A stretch of 64,000 nucleotides of DNA from Octopus sinensis (GCF_006345805.1 NC_042997.1:191332001-191396000), one strand, 5' to 3'. Shown: positions 23,728 to 37,268, counted from the stretch's first letter. Translations and numbers: made by a program. The notes: generated by a model from the sequence alone, not told the origin.

Positions 23728-24440
23728 CCATCCGTTCGTGTCCGCTGTCAGCCTCGTCTGGCACCCGTGCCGGTGATACGTAAAAGCACCATTCGCTCGT
23801 GGCCGTTTGCCAGCTCTGCCTGGCCCCGTGTCGGTGGCACGTAAAAGCACCATCCGTTCATGTTCGTTGCCAGCCTCACCTGGCCCCGTGCTGGTGACAC
23901 GTAAAAGCACCGTCCGTTCGTGGCCGTTTGCCAGCTCTGTCTGGCCCCGTGTCGGTGGCACGTAAAAGCACCATCCGTTCGTGGCCGTTTGCCAGCTCTG
24001 TCTGGCCCCGTGTCGGTGGCACGTAAAAGCACCATCCGTTCGTGTCCGTTGCCAGCCTCGGCTGGCCCCCGTGCCGGTGACACGTAAAAGCACCGTCCGT
24101 TCGTGGCCGTTGCCAGCTCTGTCTGGCCCCGTGTCGGTGGCACGTAAAAGCACCATCCGTTCGTGTCCGTTGCCAGCATCGCCTGGCCCCGTGCCGGTGA
24201 CACGTAAAAGCACCATCCGTTCGTGGCCGTTCGCCAGCTCTGTCTGGCACCTGTGCAGGTGGCACGTAAAAAACACCCACTACACTCGCGGAGTGGTTGG
24301 CGTTAGGAAGGGCATCCAGCCGTAGAAACACTGCCAGATCTGACTGGGCCTGACGAAGCCTTCCAGCTTCACAGACCCCAGTTGACCCGTCCAACCCATG
24401 ATAGCATGGAAAGCGGACGCTAAACGATGATGATGATGAT
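23728..24440 (+). mobile_element. RTE 3' UTR with a 9-unit ~60-bp minisatellite
   Basis: cgtaaaa(a)(g/a)cacc recurs every 59-60 bp from 23780 to 24275, followed by the conserved end and (GAT)n tail. Confidence 0.9.
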
Positions 24441-24904
24441 ATATATCAGAGAAAATCCTTGCAGACATCAAGTACTCAGTATAAAGGAATAAGGTTTAAT
24501 TTCCAACAAACAGATACCTGTAAATGTATGTAGAATACAAATTCCAGATAAATCCTTGTGAATGACAGGTAAACCCAACAATCCTTACACAGAATTCTGA
24601 AGAAAATCATATCTTTATATCACACCTTAAAAATCCAACAATTGTTTGCATTGCATTAATACATACATACATAAATACATACATACATATATATATATAT
24701 ATTAATATCATAATATATATATATATACAGGTGGAAGCAAGATCGTTGTATAGTAAGAAGTTTCCGAACTACATGGTTCTGGGTTCAGTCCCACTGCATA
24801 GCATCTTGGGCAGGTGTTTTTTTTCTATTGCCTCAGTCTGACCAAAGCCTTGTGAGTGGATATGGAAGATGGAAACTGAAAGAAGCCTGTTGGAAAGCAG
24901 ACAT

Positions 24905-25084
24905 TAAATGATGGTGGTGGTGGTGGTGGTTGTGGTGGTGATGATAGTGATGATGATGATGGTGATGATGATGGTGATGGTGGTGGTGGTGATGATGATG
25001 ATGATGATGATGATGATGGTGATGGTGGTGGTGGTGGTGGTGGTGGTGGTGGTGATGATGATGATGATGATAACAATGCACACT

Positions 25085-25124
<40 letters not shown>

Positions 25125-25325
25125 GGAGGATGTGGTGAACAGGAGGTACTGGAAGAGGAGGTGCTGGAGGGGAGCTGATAGAGGAGGAGGCAGCAGCACT
25201 AAAGGAGTAGAATAATGGTGATGGTGACAATGGAGGATGATGATGATGACAACGACGACGATGGTGACAATGATGATGATGACAGTGACAGCAACAACAA
25301 CAACGATAATGATGATGACCATGGT
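24905..25325. repeat. Compound (GAT/GGT)n, (CA)n and (GAC/AAC)n tract
   Basis: Direct reading. Confidence 0.9.
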
Positions 25326-25716
25326 GATGCTGTTGATTATGATAATAAGGACAACATAACCAAATGTCATCGCCCAACCATCAATCAAGCTGTTTACAAC
25401 CTGGTGGCAAATATTGTTAACCTTAATCATATCATTCAAGCCATAAGCAAGGGCCCCTGGCTTCTGAAGGCTGAGAACCTTACCTCTAGGAGCAGTGGAT
25501 GGTGTTAATGATTATCATTACACTTAAAGAATTATCACATAATCTAAGTGAAAGATTAGTTGCTATGACAAGACTAATGGACTTTTAATCCGCAAAAACA
25601 ATCATGGATTTACAGGATACTTGTGATCACTATTGATGCATTTGTGCAGAAGACGAATTTATGCACATATATACACCCACATGCATATACACATGCACAT
25701 ATACATACATGGTACA

Positions 25717-26107
25717 AATGGTGGTTGGCACTCTGTCGGTTACAATGACAAGGGTTCCAGTTGATCCGATCAATGGAACAGCCTGCTCATGAAATTAATG
25801 TGCAAGTCGCTGAGTACTCCACAGCTACACGTATACCTTTAATGTAGTTCTCGGGGAGATTCAGCGTGACACAGAGTGTGACGAGGCTGACCCTTTGAAT
25901 TACAGGTACAACAGAAATAGAAAGAGAGAGTGAGAGGAAATTGTGGTGAAAGAGTACAGCAGGGGTCACCACCATCCCCTGCTGGAGCCTCGTGAACTTT
26001 AAGTATTTTCGCTCAATAAACACTCACAACACTTGGTCTAGGAATCGAACCCACATTCCTACGACCATGAGTCTGCTGCCCTAACCACTGGGCCATTGCA
26101 CCTCCAC
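25717..26107 (-). mobile_element. tRNA-headed SINE, family D, with 10-bp TSD
   Basis: Minus head ggaggtgcaaTGGCCCAGTGGttaggg...GGTTCGATTCC (A and B boxes); TSD acatggtaca at 25707-25716 and 26108-26117. Confidence 0.85.
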
Positions 26108-26969
26108 ACATGGTACATATACACATATGAGAACAAATTTACACACACATATATACACACTCATGCATACACATACACAGTGACATAGCTTTATATATAA
26201 ATACAGGCATTCACGATTAGGAGTATGACTGCACACATACATACACACTCACACACACATATACATGCATTTATGCACACGTATACATATGTACATGCAT
26301 ACATACTCACATGCACTCACAACACATACATGCACATGCATACACATAGATACATATACCAACACACACACACACACACACACACACATAGTAAATGCTT
26401 CCATTATCATACACTCTAATTAATAATCAGTAGTAATTCATTAATTAGCTTCAGTATTTTAGTATTAAATTACAAAAGACTAATAAGTTAATATTTCATT
26501 TTAATCAATGGTGTAGCCCTTGAGCTTACCCCACCCCCACTTGCAAACCCCGGTGCCTGTACAGGCTTATTCAGCAAACCCAAAATGCCACCACCACCAC
26601 CACCCTTTAATGCATCACCCACAGTTGCCCCCTTGTTCTTACTCCCCTTTTCTCCAGCTTGCTGCTGATTTTAATTTGCATTAAAATTTAATGATTTTTG
26701 GGCAATTTTATACATTCCCTTGGTGAGCTGATAGAATTGTTAGTTTTTCAGAAAAAAATGCTTCATGCCATTTCTTCTTAACTTTTATGTTCTGAGTTCA
26801 AATCCCACCTTGATCGGCTTTGCCTTTCATCCTTTGAAGCCAATAAAATAAGTTACCAGTTGAGCACTAAAATCAATGTAATCAACTAGCCCATCCCCCA
26901 AAATTTCTGGCCTTGTGCCTATAGTAGCCTCAACCCCCATCATTCAAATTACAAATGAGAGCTTCTATT

Positions 26970-27300
26970 ATGATGATGATGATGGTGGTGGTGGTGGTGG
27001 TGGTGATGGTGGTGATGATGATGATGATGATGGTGATGGTGATGATAATGATGATGACGACGACGACAATGATGATGATGATGAAGGGGGAGGGGAGGAC
27101 AATGAGGAGGACGAGGAGGTGGACGAGGTGGAGGACGAGGGGGGGACGAGGGGGAGGACGAGGAGGAGGACGAGGGGAGGACGAGGGGGAGGACGAGGAG
27201 GAGGACGAGGGGGAGGAGGAGGAGGAGGACGAGGAGGAGGACAAGGAAGACGAGGAGGAGGTGGAGGACGAAGAGGAGGAGGACGAGGTGGAGGAGGAGG
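26970..27300. repeat. Compound (GAT)n/(GGA)n trinucleotide tract
   Basis: Direct reading. Confidence 0.9.
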
Positions 27301-27779
27301 GGAATTTATCCAGAACATTACCATCCACCATTGATCAGAGAGCTCACTTACCCAGCAGCAAATATCGATGGCCTTAAGTTATATACTATTCAAATTAGAC
27401 AGGTCCAGTAATGTATCAGCGTTTCTGAATGGCAGCGGTGAATGCAATTTATTAAATCTGAGGTGGTATCATGGAAAAGTGTTTGGTCATAATTATTTCA
27501 AAAACCCAGTATTTCTACAAATCTCATGTATTCTCTCTAATTTCTCCTTCATGTGTATGTACCTCAGTTGGAAAATCCTTACTCTACAACATTTAATTTT
27601 TTTAATCAAACCTCTGTGTAGAATTATCAGTCAAGTTGTTTGCTTGGCAAGTTATTCACATAACACAATAATATACTGCAACAGAACAATCAGTCATTAA
27701 TACAATTTTCACTGATATCCCAAGTTAAGTAGCCAATACATCATAACGAATCATTACTTTATAGGTCACATATTCTTCA

Positions 27780-27799
27780 TACATACATACATACATACA

Positions 27800-27831
<32 letters not shown>

Positions 27832-29110
27832 CATACATTCATACATACACACATACATACATACATACATACATACACACATACATCCATCCATCCATCC
27901 ATCCATCCATACATACATACATACATACATACAATACATACATACATACATACATACATACATAAATACATACATTCATACATACATTCATACATACATA
28001 CATACAGGCATACATACATACATGCATACATACATATATACATACATACATACATTCATTCATACATACATACATGCATACACACATACATACACACACA
28101 TACATACACACATACATACATACATACATACATACATACATACATACATACATACATACATACATACATGCATACACACATACATACACATACATACATA
28201 CATACACATACATACATACTATATACATACATACATACATACATACATGCATGCATACATACATTCATACATACATACATGCATACATACATACATACAT
28301 GCATACATACATACATACACACACACACATACATACATACATACATACATACACACACATACATACATACATACATACATACATACACACACACACATAC
28401 ATACATACATGCATACACACATACATACATACATACATACATACATGCATACATACATACATACATGCATACATACATACACACACACATACATACATAC
28501 ATACATACATACACACACATACATACATGCATACACACATACATACATACATACACACATACATACATGCATACACACATACATACATACATACACACAC
28601 ATACATACATACATGCATACACACCATACATACATACATACATACATACATACATACATACATACATACATACATACATACATACATACTCCTGCTCCGG
28701 AGCGTCGGCTGCGGGGTCATTCCGAAAAGCTCTACCTGCGACGATTTCATCTCAATCGAAGGAGAGGAGCTTTCTCCGTCCGGGTTGCGGATCCGTGGAA
28801 CAAGCTGCCAGACGAGATGGTGAAGATGCCGACGACCGCTTTGTTCAAAGCCTCCCTGGACCTCAAGTGGCCTGAACTCTTTACATGAACACCACCCTGT
28901 ACTTAACTCCATGTCCCCCTACATGGCCTTGCTATTTGCTTTTGAGCCAAATTAACTAACTAACTAACTAACTAACTAACATACATACATACATACATAC
29001 ATACATACATTCATACATACATACATACATACACACATACATACATGCATACATCATACATATATTTACATACATGCACACACACACACACACATACATA
29101 CATGTGTGTG
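27780..29110. repeat. ~1.3-kb (CATA)n satellite interrupted by a CR1 fragment
   Basis: Direct reading. Confidence 0.95.
28689..28980 (+). mobile_element. CR1-clade LINE 3' end, second family, (TAAC)n tail
   Basis: RRLRGHSEKLYLRRFHLNRRRGAFSVRVADPWNKLPDEMVKMPTTALFKASLD* followed by a 3' UTR and (taac)n; CpG-rich and unmutated. Confidence 0.85.
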
Positions 29111-29239
29111 TATGTATGTGTGTGTCTTATCTGTGGAACAGTTTCTCAATTTTCAACGGGTAAGCATAGCTGTCACTATAAAAGATAACATACAACAACA
29201 ACAACAACAGCTATTGATGATGATGGTGATGATGACAAC

Positions 29240-29280
<41 letters not shown>

Positions 29281-29741
29281 CGATATGTATGCTTATCTGA
29301 GAAATAGTAATCAAAGAATGTTGCAGGCTGCACTGAGTGAGAAGGTAATAAATGACAATGGTGAGACCCTCCATGAGTACAAAACGGAGACTAATAAAAA
29401 AAAAAAAAAACAGTTTCAACGGGAAGGAGAAAATCCAACACAGATTTTTTCTGGGATACATGAGTTGAAGCTGATGAAGAATCCTGGAGATGGTTAAGAC
29501 ATAGATTTTAAAGAAGGAGACAGAAGGACTGATCGTTGCTGCTTAAGAACAAGCTTCGTGAACCAACTCAATTAAGAGTAGCACTGATGAGATAGTAGAT
29601 TTGTGTAGTTTATGTTGAAAATCAGTCGAGAAAAGTTAGGAAAACAGCCAGCGGGTTGATTAGAACCCTGTATCAATTTTTACATTACTTCGATTTTCCG
29701 ATTTTATTCATTTTCGAATTTTATTATAATTATATTCTATA

Positions 29742-30506
29742 CTAGCACTATGACTCAGCAACACCGGGTCATAGTGCTAGTGCATGCACATACAGCTGCG
29801 TGCGCGCGCACATACACACGAGTACTGTCCAAATCTCCGACCAATCACATACAGCTAGCTGGCATTCAATTGGCGTATCAAGTTTCGGGCATTTTGATTG
29901 GGTTTTGGATAGAAAATTCACAAAAAAGTCACTTCTATTGATTTTTTTAATGGCTTTGCAGGGTGACCACCCTTGGACGGTTTTGAATAACCATAGAAAG
30001 TGTGAGCCCTCTAACTGAAAAATTGTGGATTTGTATAAAGGACACACACACAGACATACACACACACAGACATTTTGCTGTTTATATATACTCTTACTCT
30101 TTTTTTTTACTCTTTTTATTTGTTTCAGTCATTTGACTGCGGCCATGCTGGAGCACCGCCTTTAGTCGAGCAAATCGACCCCAGGACTTATTTTTTGTAA
30201 GCCCAGTACTTATTCTATCGGTCTCTTTTGCCGAACCGCTAAGTGACGGGGACGTAAACACACCAGCATCAGTTGTCAAGCAATGCTAGGGGGACAAACA
30301 CAGACACACATACATATATATATATACACATATATACGACAGGCTTTTTCAGTTTCCGTCTACCAAATCCACTCACAAGGCATTGGTCAGCCCGGGGCTA
30401 TAGCAGAAGACACTTGCCCAAGATGCCATGCAGTGGGACTGAACCCGGAACCATATGGTTGGTTAGGAAGCTACTTACCACACAGCCACTCCTGCGCCTA
30501 GAGAGA
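29742..30506 (-). mobile_element. Non-autonomous Helitron-like element carrying a family A SINE in its 5' (TA) tract
   Basis: Minus: TCTCTC..[SINE]..tatataaacagcaaaatgtctgtgtg 5' end and terminal palindrome ending CTAG|T; related copies at 58612-58902 and 63920-64000. Confidence 0.7.
30091..30500 (-). mobile_element. SINE family A, full length and young-looking
   Basis: Retains CpGs; head taggcgcaggagtggctgtgtggtaag. Confidence 0.9.
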
Positions 30507-30874
30507 TAATTTTTTAAAAAACCACTTCATTGTAACAAACTCTATATGTTATGGTGTCCATGTTCGTCTCGTATAGACCAATAAAGAAATCAGTCGAGAC
30601 AGACATAATCGGTAGACGGTCGAAACTGGCCCTAAAGTGTCCAAAAAAGAAAGTGCCATGACAAAGTAACTACATGAATACACTGAGAGTTGTGCTGGAA
30701 ATATGGGCTAAAATGTCCCAATAAGTGGTATGAGTACCAACCTTTGTTAGTAACAGAGGATGTTCAGGTGAAATTCATACATGTTATGCCAATCTACACA
30801 GATAAGAAGCTGCAACATGACTAACCAGATATCATTCTCCTATGGAAAGAGTCCAAAGAATGAACTTCCATTGA

Positions 30875-31527
30875 TATAGGTATACCTGGTAAAGAAATCA
30901 TTGCTTGTGTCCATGAGTTGAGAAGTGATGAGCAAGTAAACCAGTGGATATTTTGGCTCATTGATTTTTGTTGATGTCACTTAAAACATGCAGAACCCAT
31001 GCTCCATACTTCTGAACCCTTCCCATTGAGTGAAGATGCTTCTCTATAGCAGTGTGGGAGCATTCCATTTTCTCTGCCAGTTCCCTTGTCATTTGATGAG
31101 AATTTTTGTGCAAAAGTTAGTTTAATCACTCTTCATTGAACTCAACTGGATGCCCAAAATGAGTGCATCTTTGAGGTCAAAATTTCCATTTTTGAACTTG
31201 GCATATCAATGATGAACAGTTCTTTTAGCTATGGCACCCTCTCAATACACAGCACAAATGTTGCAAGCAGCATTTGCGGCCTTAGAACCTTGCTTAAAAG
31301 TAAAAAGAAGGAGGTGTCGAAAATGCTCATTTTTCTTAACTTGACATTCCATTTTAATGATCTGAAATAAACAAAAATTAACTAAAATTATCTAGAAAAA
31401 AAACAAAACAAAATATATTCCAAAATGATTCAAAAATAGAATTCTTGACAAAAATAGATTCCAAAATTTAAAAACGCAATAAATTCCAAAGTTTAAATAA
31501 GCAACAGGAACTTAGTTACCAACCCAA
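30875..31527 (-). pseudogene. Truncated mariner transposon: 5' TIR plus N-terminal transposase with stops
   Basis: TA-TTGGGTTGGTAACTAAG terminus at 31527; ATG at 31352 gives MECQVKKNEHFRHLLLFTF..ICAVY*EG..YAKFKNGNFDLKD..HSMGRVQKYGAWV. Confidence 0.85.
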
Positions 31528-31614
31528 TATATATATATATATATATACACACATACATATATACATACATACATACATACACATATATATATACATACAC
31601 ATATATATATATAA

Positions 31615-31815
31615 TTAATCCAAAATAACGAAGAAGAAAACACAAGAAAAAAACAATAATGCGAGCATGTGGTACATGCAAAGTATTAAAAAACTCTCAG
31701 GGAAGGAAAGAAAGGGTGTTTTACATTTTGAGCAAAGCTCTTCTCCAGGAACAGGCGAGAGAGAAAAGTTCAAGAGAAAAGGAAGATGGAGGAAAAAAAA
31801 TCGCCAACAATATAC
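31615..31815 (-). mobile_element. Further degenerate copy of the 13-kb hammerhead element
   Basis: 31718-31752 minus: CTGGAGA-AGAGC-TTT-GCTC-AAAAT-GTA-AAAC; flanks align to 4134-4320. Confidence 0.55.
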
Positions 31816-32574
31816 ATATATGTAAACTTTTCAATAAAACTAATTAACTAATTCTAATGATCTTCTATTCTACTTAATCTTCATTAATGAATTAAGTTTC
31901 ATTTCAATTTAGGATTGATTTTGGTTTGACACAGAAATTATTGTTAAGTTCATTCAAAAGTTACTAAAGTGAATACTTGCATAAATGATGTAACAAATTT
32001 ACTTACAAATCAAATATGCTAACACACACTTTACTATTGAGTTTTTATGCAACATGCATCGTTAGGTATTAAAAAAATATATAAACTAAGTGTACCATGT
32101 TATTCATATGTAATTTAACCTTTATTAGATTACAAATTTAAATAAGTCCCTTTGAATATTTTCAGTCTTTACATCATTGTTGTGGCTGATGACAGTATCG
32201 CCTGATTGGCACCATGCACGTTAACAGCACCATTCAAGTGTGATCATCGCCAGTTCCACCTGACTGGATCTCATGCTGGTGGCACATAAAAAGTGCCATT
32301 CAAGCGTGGTCGATGCCAGTACCAGTTGACTGGTCCCATGCCAATGGCACAAAAAGCATCATTCAAGCGTGGTCGTTGCCAGTGCCGCCTGACTGGCTCC
32401 CATGCTGGTGGCATGTAAAAAGCACCCACTACACTCTCCAAGTGGTTGGCGTCCAGCTGTAAAAACTTTGCCAGATCAGATTGGAGCTTGGCATAGCCTT
32501 CTGGCTTGCTAGGCCACAGTCAAACCGTCCAGCCCATGCCTGCATGGAAAGTAGATATTAAACAACAATGATAT

Positions 32575-32949
32575 ATAATAATAATAATAATAATAATAAT
32601 TGTGTACAGTGCTCAGGTGCACTACAACTCATCTAAAGTGTATATATAATCAGGCGTAGTTTCGGCGGATTTCGGAAAGCATGAGGGCCTTAAAGGATGC
32701 AGTGTCATGGCAGTCAACAACAGACGCAAGCAGTTTATTCCATGCTTCAGCAACTCTGAGCGTGAAAAAATGCTTCCGAAAGTCATGGGAGCTGTGTTGT
32801 TTTCTGACTTTGTAGGCATGTCCACGTGTGTTAGACACATGGAGATCAAAAAGGTGTTCAGTGTTGTTGTTGGTGAGGTGGTTGATAACCTTGTGGGTGT
32901 TTACCAAGTCCGTTGCCAGACGCCGGAGCTTCAGTGAATCCATGCCCAT
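32575..32949 (-). mobile_element. CR1 3' end, near-identical to 5826-6190
   Basis: MDSLKLRRLATDLVNTHK...WNKL; same (ATT)n tail. Confidence 0.9.
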
Positions 32950-33379
32950 GATGATGATTACAATAATGACATCTTTTTATTTGTCTTTAGTCACACACCC
33001 ACTTCCCTCTTTGGGTTTTTTTTTTTTACAGTCCACCTTATCTGCCAAAATGAACAGCGAACAAAACTGCTGAACAAAACTTTTTAATCTGTTTGTCAGA
33101 ATAAGCATGTATGTCTGTTTGTTAATTTTACATCCATTTTCCCACGCTAGCATGGGTTGGTGAAATACCAACCAATGTGAGTGCCGCTTCTAAGCAGTTA
33201 TGTATGCAATTAGAATTAGCAGTTGTATCAACCTCAATGCATAAAGATGTCATTTGTAAAAAGAAAAGACACATTAGATAATGTAGCTCCAGATACCACC
33301 GTAAAAACGAAATGGTCACAATTGGAATGTCTTTGATCAGAGATCTACTGAATCAAGACTGACCTGAACCTAAACAACA

Positions 33380-33731
33380 TTTCATAAGTACATCAATATC
33401 AAAAAATCAAATGGAAATTGTAGTTGTGATACCTGTGCCGGTGGCATGTAAAAAGCACCATCTGAATGTGGCTGATGACAGCTCCGCCTTGACTGGCGTC
33501 CGTGCCGGTGGCACGTAAAAAGCACCAACCAATCGTGGCTGTTGCCAGCCTTCCCTGGCACCTGTGCTGGTGGCATGTAAAAAGCACCCACTACACTTAC
33601 GGAGTGGTTGGTGTTAGGAAGGGCATCCAGGAACACTGCCAGATCAGACTGGAGCCTGGTGCAGCCTCCTGGCTTCCCAGACCCCGGTCGAACCATCCAA
33701 CCCATGCTAGCATTGAAAGTGGACATTAAAC

Positions 33732-33770
<39 letters not shown>
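33380..33770 (+). mobile_element. RTE 3' UTR; its tail lies just upstream of an acceptor site
   Basis: Conserved blocks and (GAT)n. Confidence 0.85.
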
Positions 33771-33771
<1 letters not shown>

Positions 33772-33792
33772 AACATATTTCTTTTATTCCAG

Positions 33793-33813
33793 ATGGAAGA
33801 AGGCCCTCTCAAA
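33793..33813 (+). CDS. Candidate 21-nt microexon (MEEGPLK)
   Basis: atatttcttttattccag acceptor and AAA|GTAAAG donor; phase 0 to 0. Confidence 0.4.
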
Positions 33814-34837
33814 GTAAAGTTTTATAATTTTCTCTCTTCATCTTCAATATCTTTTATCTTTTACTTGTTTCAGTCATTGGACAGCTTCCATGCTGGCACA
33901 CCAAGTTTAATAAATCGACCCCTAGATTTATGTTTTATTTTAAGTCTGATATTTATTCCATCAGTTGTTCTTGCCGAACTGCAAAGTTACAGGAATGTAA
34001 ACAAACCAACACTGGTTGTGAAGCAGCTAGTGACAAGAATAGTCACAAAGGCACACACACACTCAGAGACACATGTCCTCTCTGTTATAAGCATTCATGC
34101 CAAGTCTCAAGTCTAAAGAGATCTATCTTTCATCCTCCTACTACTTTCAGAGGGTCTGTAAAGAGCTGTGTGCACTGTCTTCTATCTCGGTTTAAAATAT
34201 GAAAAAAAAGCAACCACCTACAACAGCATTAGAGCCTACTTTTGTTTTGGATAAATCTAAAGGTATAGATAGGAAACTTGTACATATGGGTAACAGCTAG
34301 TGTTCTACAAAACCCCTGCCCTGGTCTACACCTTGGAAAAGAGCTTTCCAGGCATAGATACTCAGACTATCTCTAACAGATAACAAAGGCTATTGATTTT
34401 GAAATGTTTAAATATTAATAATTTGGGATGATATCACATGGCCTAGTGGTTAGGATATTCCGCTTGAGATTGTTAGGTTATGGGTTTGATTTTTGAGCCA
34501 GCTGGTATGTTATGTCCTTGAACAAGGATCTTGATTTCATGTTGCTCCAGTACATTGAGGTCAATCTGGTATTATCCGCACAGCTCGAAGTAAGGTGAAT
34601 AAAATCAAATAAGTAACACCTGACATCCTCTTACTTAGGTGACACAAAATATAGCGCAGCCTACAGAAATATATATATGTCTGTGTGTGTGTAGGAGACA
34701 GAGTCTTTATAGTTATTTATTTTTATTTTCTTTTTATTTCAATGTCACTCTCTTGTAATATTATTTCATTTATTTACATCAGTTGGATAACAACACACTT
34801 CCTTACAACAAAAATCCTTTTGTTCTTATTGTCCTAG

Positions 34838-34863
34838 AAAGCCATTTCTGAAGTCAGAGTCAG
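34838..34863 (+). CDS. Candidate 26-nt microexon (KAISEVRV(R))
   Basis: cttttgttcttattgtcctag acceptor and CAG|GTAACT donor; phase 0 to 2. Confidence 0.45.
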
Positions 34864-35224
34864 GTAACTTGTGTCGAGCATTCAAAATGTAAGTATAAAC
34901 ATGAATTACAATGTTTGGCTCCTTTCTCTTCTTACCCTGTAATTTAGACCAATAGTTTGTTTCCACGATATATTATTTCATGCACACATATGAACACATA
35001 CATGCACACACACACACACGCACATGCACAGGCGCACACACACAAACACACACATACCAAGTGTATCTGATGGCCCTAAAATGTTTCCCTTGATTCTGGA
35101 ATTTGATCTGTTATATATGCTTCCCAACCACATGGTTCTGGGTTCAGTCCCACGGTGTGGCACCTTGGGCAAATGTCTTCTACTATAGCCTTGAGCCAAC
35201 CATTTAATATTAAAATGACCAGTT

Positions 35225-35427
35225 AATATTATAATGGGGGCCACTTTATGGGGTTACCCTGGGTTTCTCGCTCATAAGGGGTTTAGCCTTACAGCATATC
35301 TTCAGACTCCATTTTGAAAAGGTCTTAAGCCAGCAGTGTTTGGGGTCTGAAGATATACCATAAGGCTAAACCCCTTTATGAGTGAGAAACCCAGGGTAAC
35401 CCCATAAACCAGCCCCCAGTATAATAT

Positions 35428-35428
<1 letters not shown>
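35225..35428. mobile_element. ~204-bp MITE with ~90-bp TIRs
   Basis: ttatggggttaccctgggtttctc..ggggtttagcctta..atatcttcagac and its reverse complement; AT-rich ends. Confidence 0.75.
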
Positions 35429-35466
<38 letters not shown>

Positions 35467-35580
35467 TATATACATGACTGGCCTGGTGCAGCCTTCGGGC
35501 TCCCCAGACCCCAGTTGAACCGTCCAACCCATGCTAGCATGGAAAACGGACGCTAAATGATGTTGATGATGATGATGATG

Positions 35581-35616
<36 letters not shown>

Positions 35617-36223
35617 ATATTTTGTTTTAGTTTCGTCCCAAACCAAAACTCATCTGATTGAGTAGACCTATGATTGAAGACATTCCAGCCGTGACAGATA
35701 ATCCTAGGAGGATGTGATATAAGATAAATTCGGTTACTATTTTGAGCAGGACATGTGACCACATAAAGACTTCCTCATCCACTAGAAGCAAAAAACATTT
35801 AATTACATGCTGTGTGCCGTTAACAAACTTCTGAAATATTTCTACCTCTTAATTGCTCTATGCTCTATTTATTTTCATTGTATATATTGCCATTTAAACA
35901 TCGGACAGTCGTTTTGTAAAGTCATGCTGAGATCTTTGTGATTGCTTCGATGAACAGCAATGTGCTTCTGGTTTTGTATAACTGATGCCAGAGAGACAAA
36001 CGATCTGGATGCTTTTTTTTTTCCCCCACTGACCATCTATTAACGTTAACACCTCATTTTAGACAAGTAATACCAAATACAAACTTGGTCCTATCAGAGT
36101 GTGCATGTTCGTATACATGCATTGCTGTGTATGTGTATGTGTGTGTGTGTGTGTGTGTGTGTATTCTTTTATTCTTTTACTACTTTCAGCCCAAGACTTG
36201 TGGCCATGCTGCAGTACCACCAT

Positions 36224-36255
<32 letters not shown>

Positions 36256-36344
36256 ATATATATATTATAATAATAATAATAATAATAATAATAATCGCCG
36301 AAGCTTTTTGGCAGGCATGCTAACAATTCTACTAGCTCGCCACC

Positions 36345-36376
36345 TTAGTAGTAGTAGTAGTAGTAGTAGTAGTAGC

Positions 36377-36417
<41 letters not shown>

Positions 36418-36525
36418 TGGTGGTGGTGGTAGTGGTGGTGGTGGTGGTGGTGGTGGTAGTAGTAGTAGAGTAGTAGTAGTAGTAGTGGTAGTGGTGGTGG
36501 TGTGGTGGTGGTGGTAGTGGTGGTG

Positions 36526-36580
<55 letters not shown>

Positions 36581-36655
36581 TGGTGGTGGTGGTGGTGGTG
36601 GTGGTGGTGGTGGTAGTAGTAGTAGTATAGTAGTAGTAGTAGTAGTAGTAGTAGC
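36345..36655. repeat. (AGT)n/(GGT)n tract
   Basis: Direct reading. Confidence 0.9.
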
Positions 36656-37208
36656 AGCAAATGCCCTGATGCAGTACCAGGCAGTGGCTCTCGTGGCTGC
36701 TGATCTTAACTGATTGGAAGTGTTATCATGTACATTGTTTTGTCTTGGTATAAAAGACGGGCTACAGCAAATATTCTGCCCAATACCACAGATTTGCTTC
36801 TCAGTTGTTTGACCTTAACCAGTTGAGCATGTTCCTTAGTGTTGATGATATGTGCATCTCTGATCACAAGCAGAAGTAATGGAGGAGCATCATAGCCGTG
36901 TGTTGAGAGGAATTCTCGGGGGTTTGAATAATTCACCTCTGGAAACATGGATGTTTCATTCAACATCCTTAAACAACCCTTATTCAGGGACCTTTTGAGT
37001 AGGATGGGTTACTCGACCAGAAGAAAATTCTAACTGGGCCTCACCTGCAAGGTCATGTGCTGTTTATCTTGATATGAGATGCACATATGTTTATGATGTA
37101 TGTGCCTAGTGTACCCTTATCAGACGGGTAGTCATGATGGGTATACTGGGCTTCATATATTTTACCCCAGTGTCACTTTGATGGCATGCACTGCTCTCTC
37201 ACTCACTC

Positions 37209-37227
37209 AATAATAATAATAATAATA

Positions 37228-37268
<41 letters not shown>

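Noticed and set aside
23728-24280. Regular ~60-bp repeats as a CRISPR-like array
   Set aside because: No unique spacers, eukaryotic context, and part of an RTE 3' UTR.
26040-26107. tRNA gene
   Set aside because: A and B boxes are present, but it is the head of a SINE with a TSD and has no complete cloverleaf.
24825-27377. Poly-H/S/D/G ORFs as low-complexity proteins (also at 36.3, 40.7 and 42.9 kb)
   Set aside because: They are trinucleotide tracts open in several frames on both strands, with no splice or start context.
29560-29630. CTGATGA followed by GAAA
   Set aside because: No helix II or cleavage triplet.
36655-37208. Complex ~550-bp stretch between two microsatellites
   Set aside because: Probably an interspersed repeat, but single-copy here with no ORF, TIR or Pol III boxes, so it cannot be classified.
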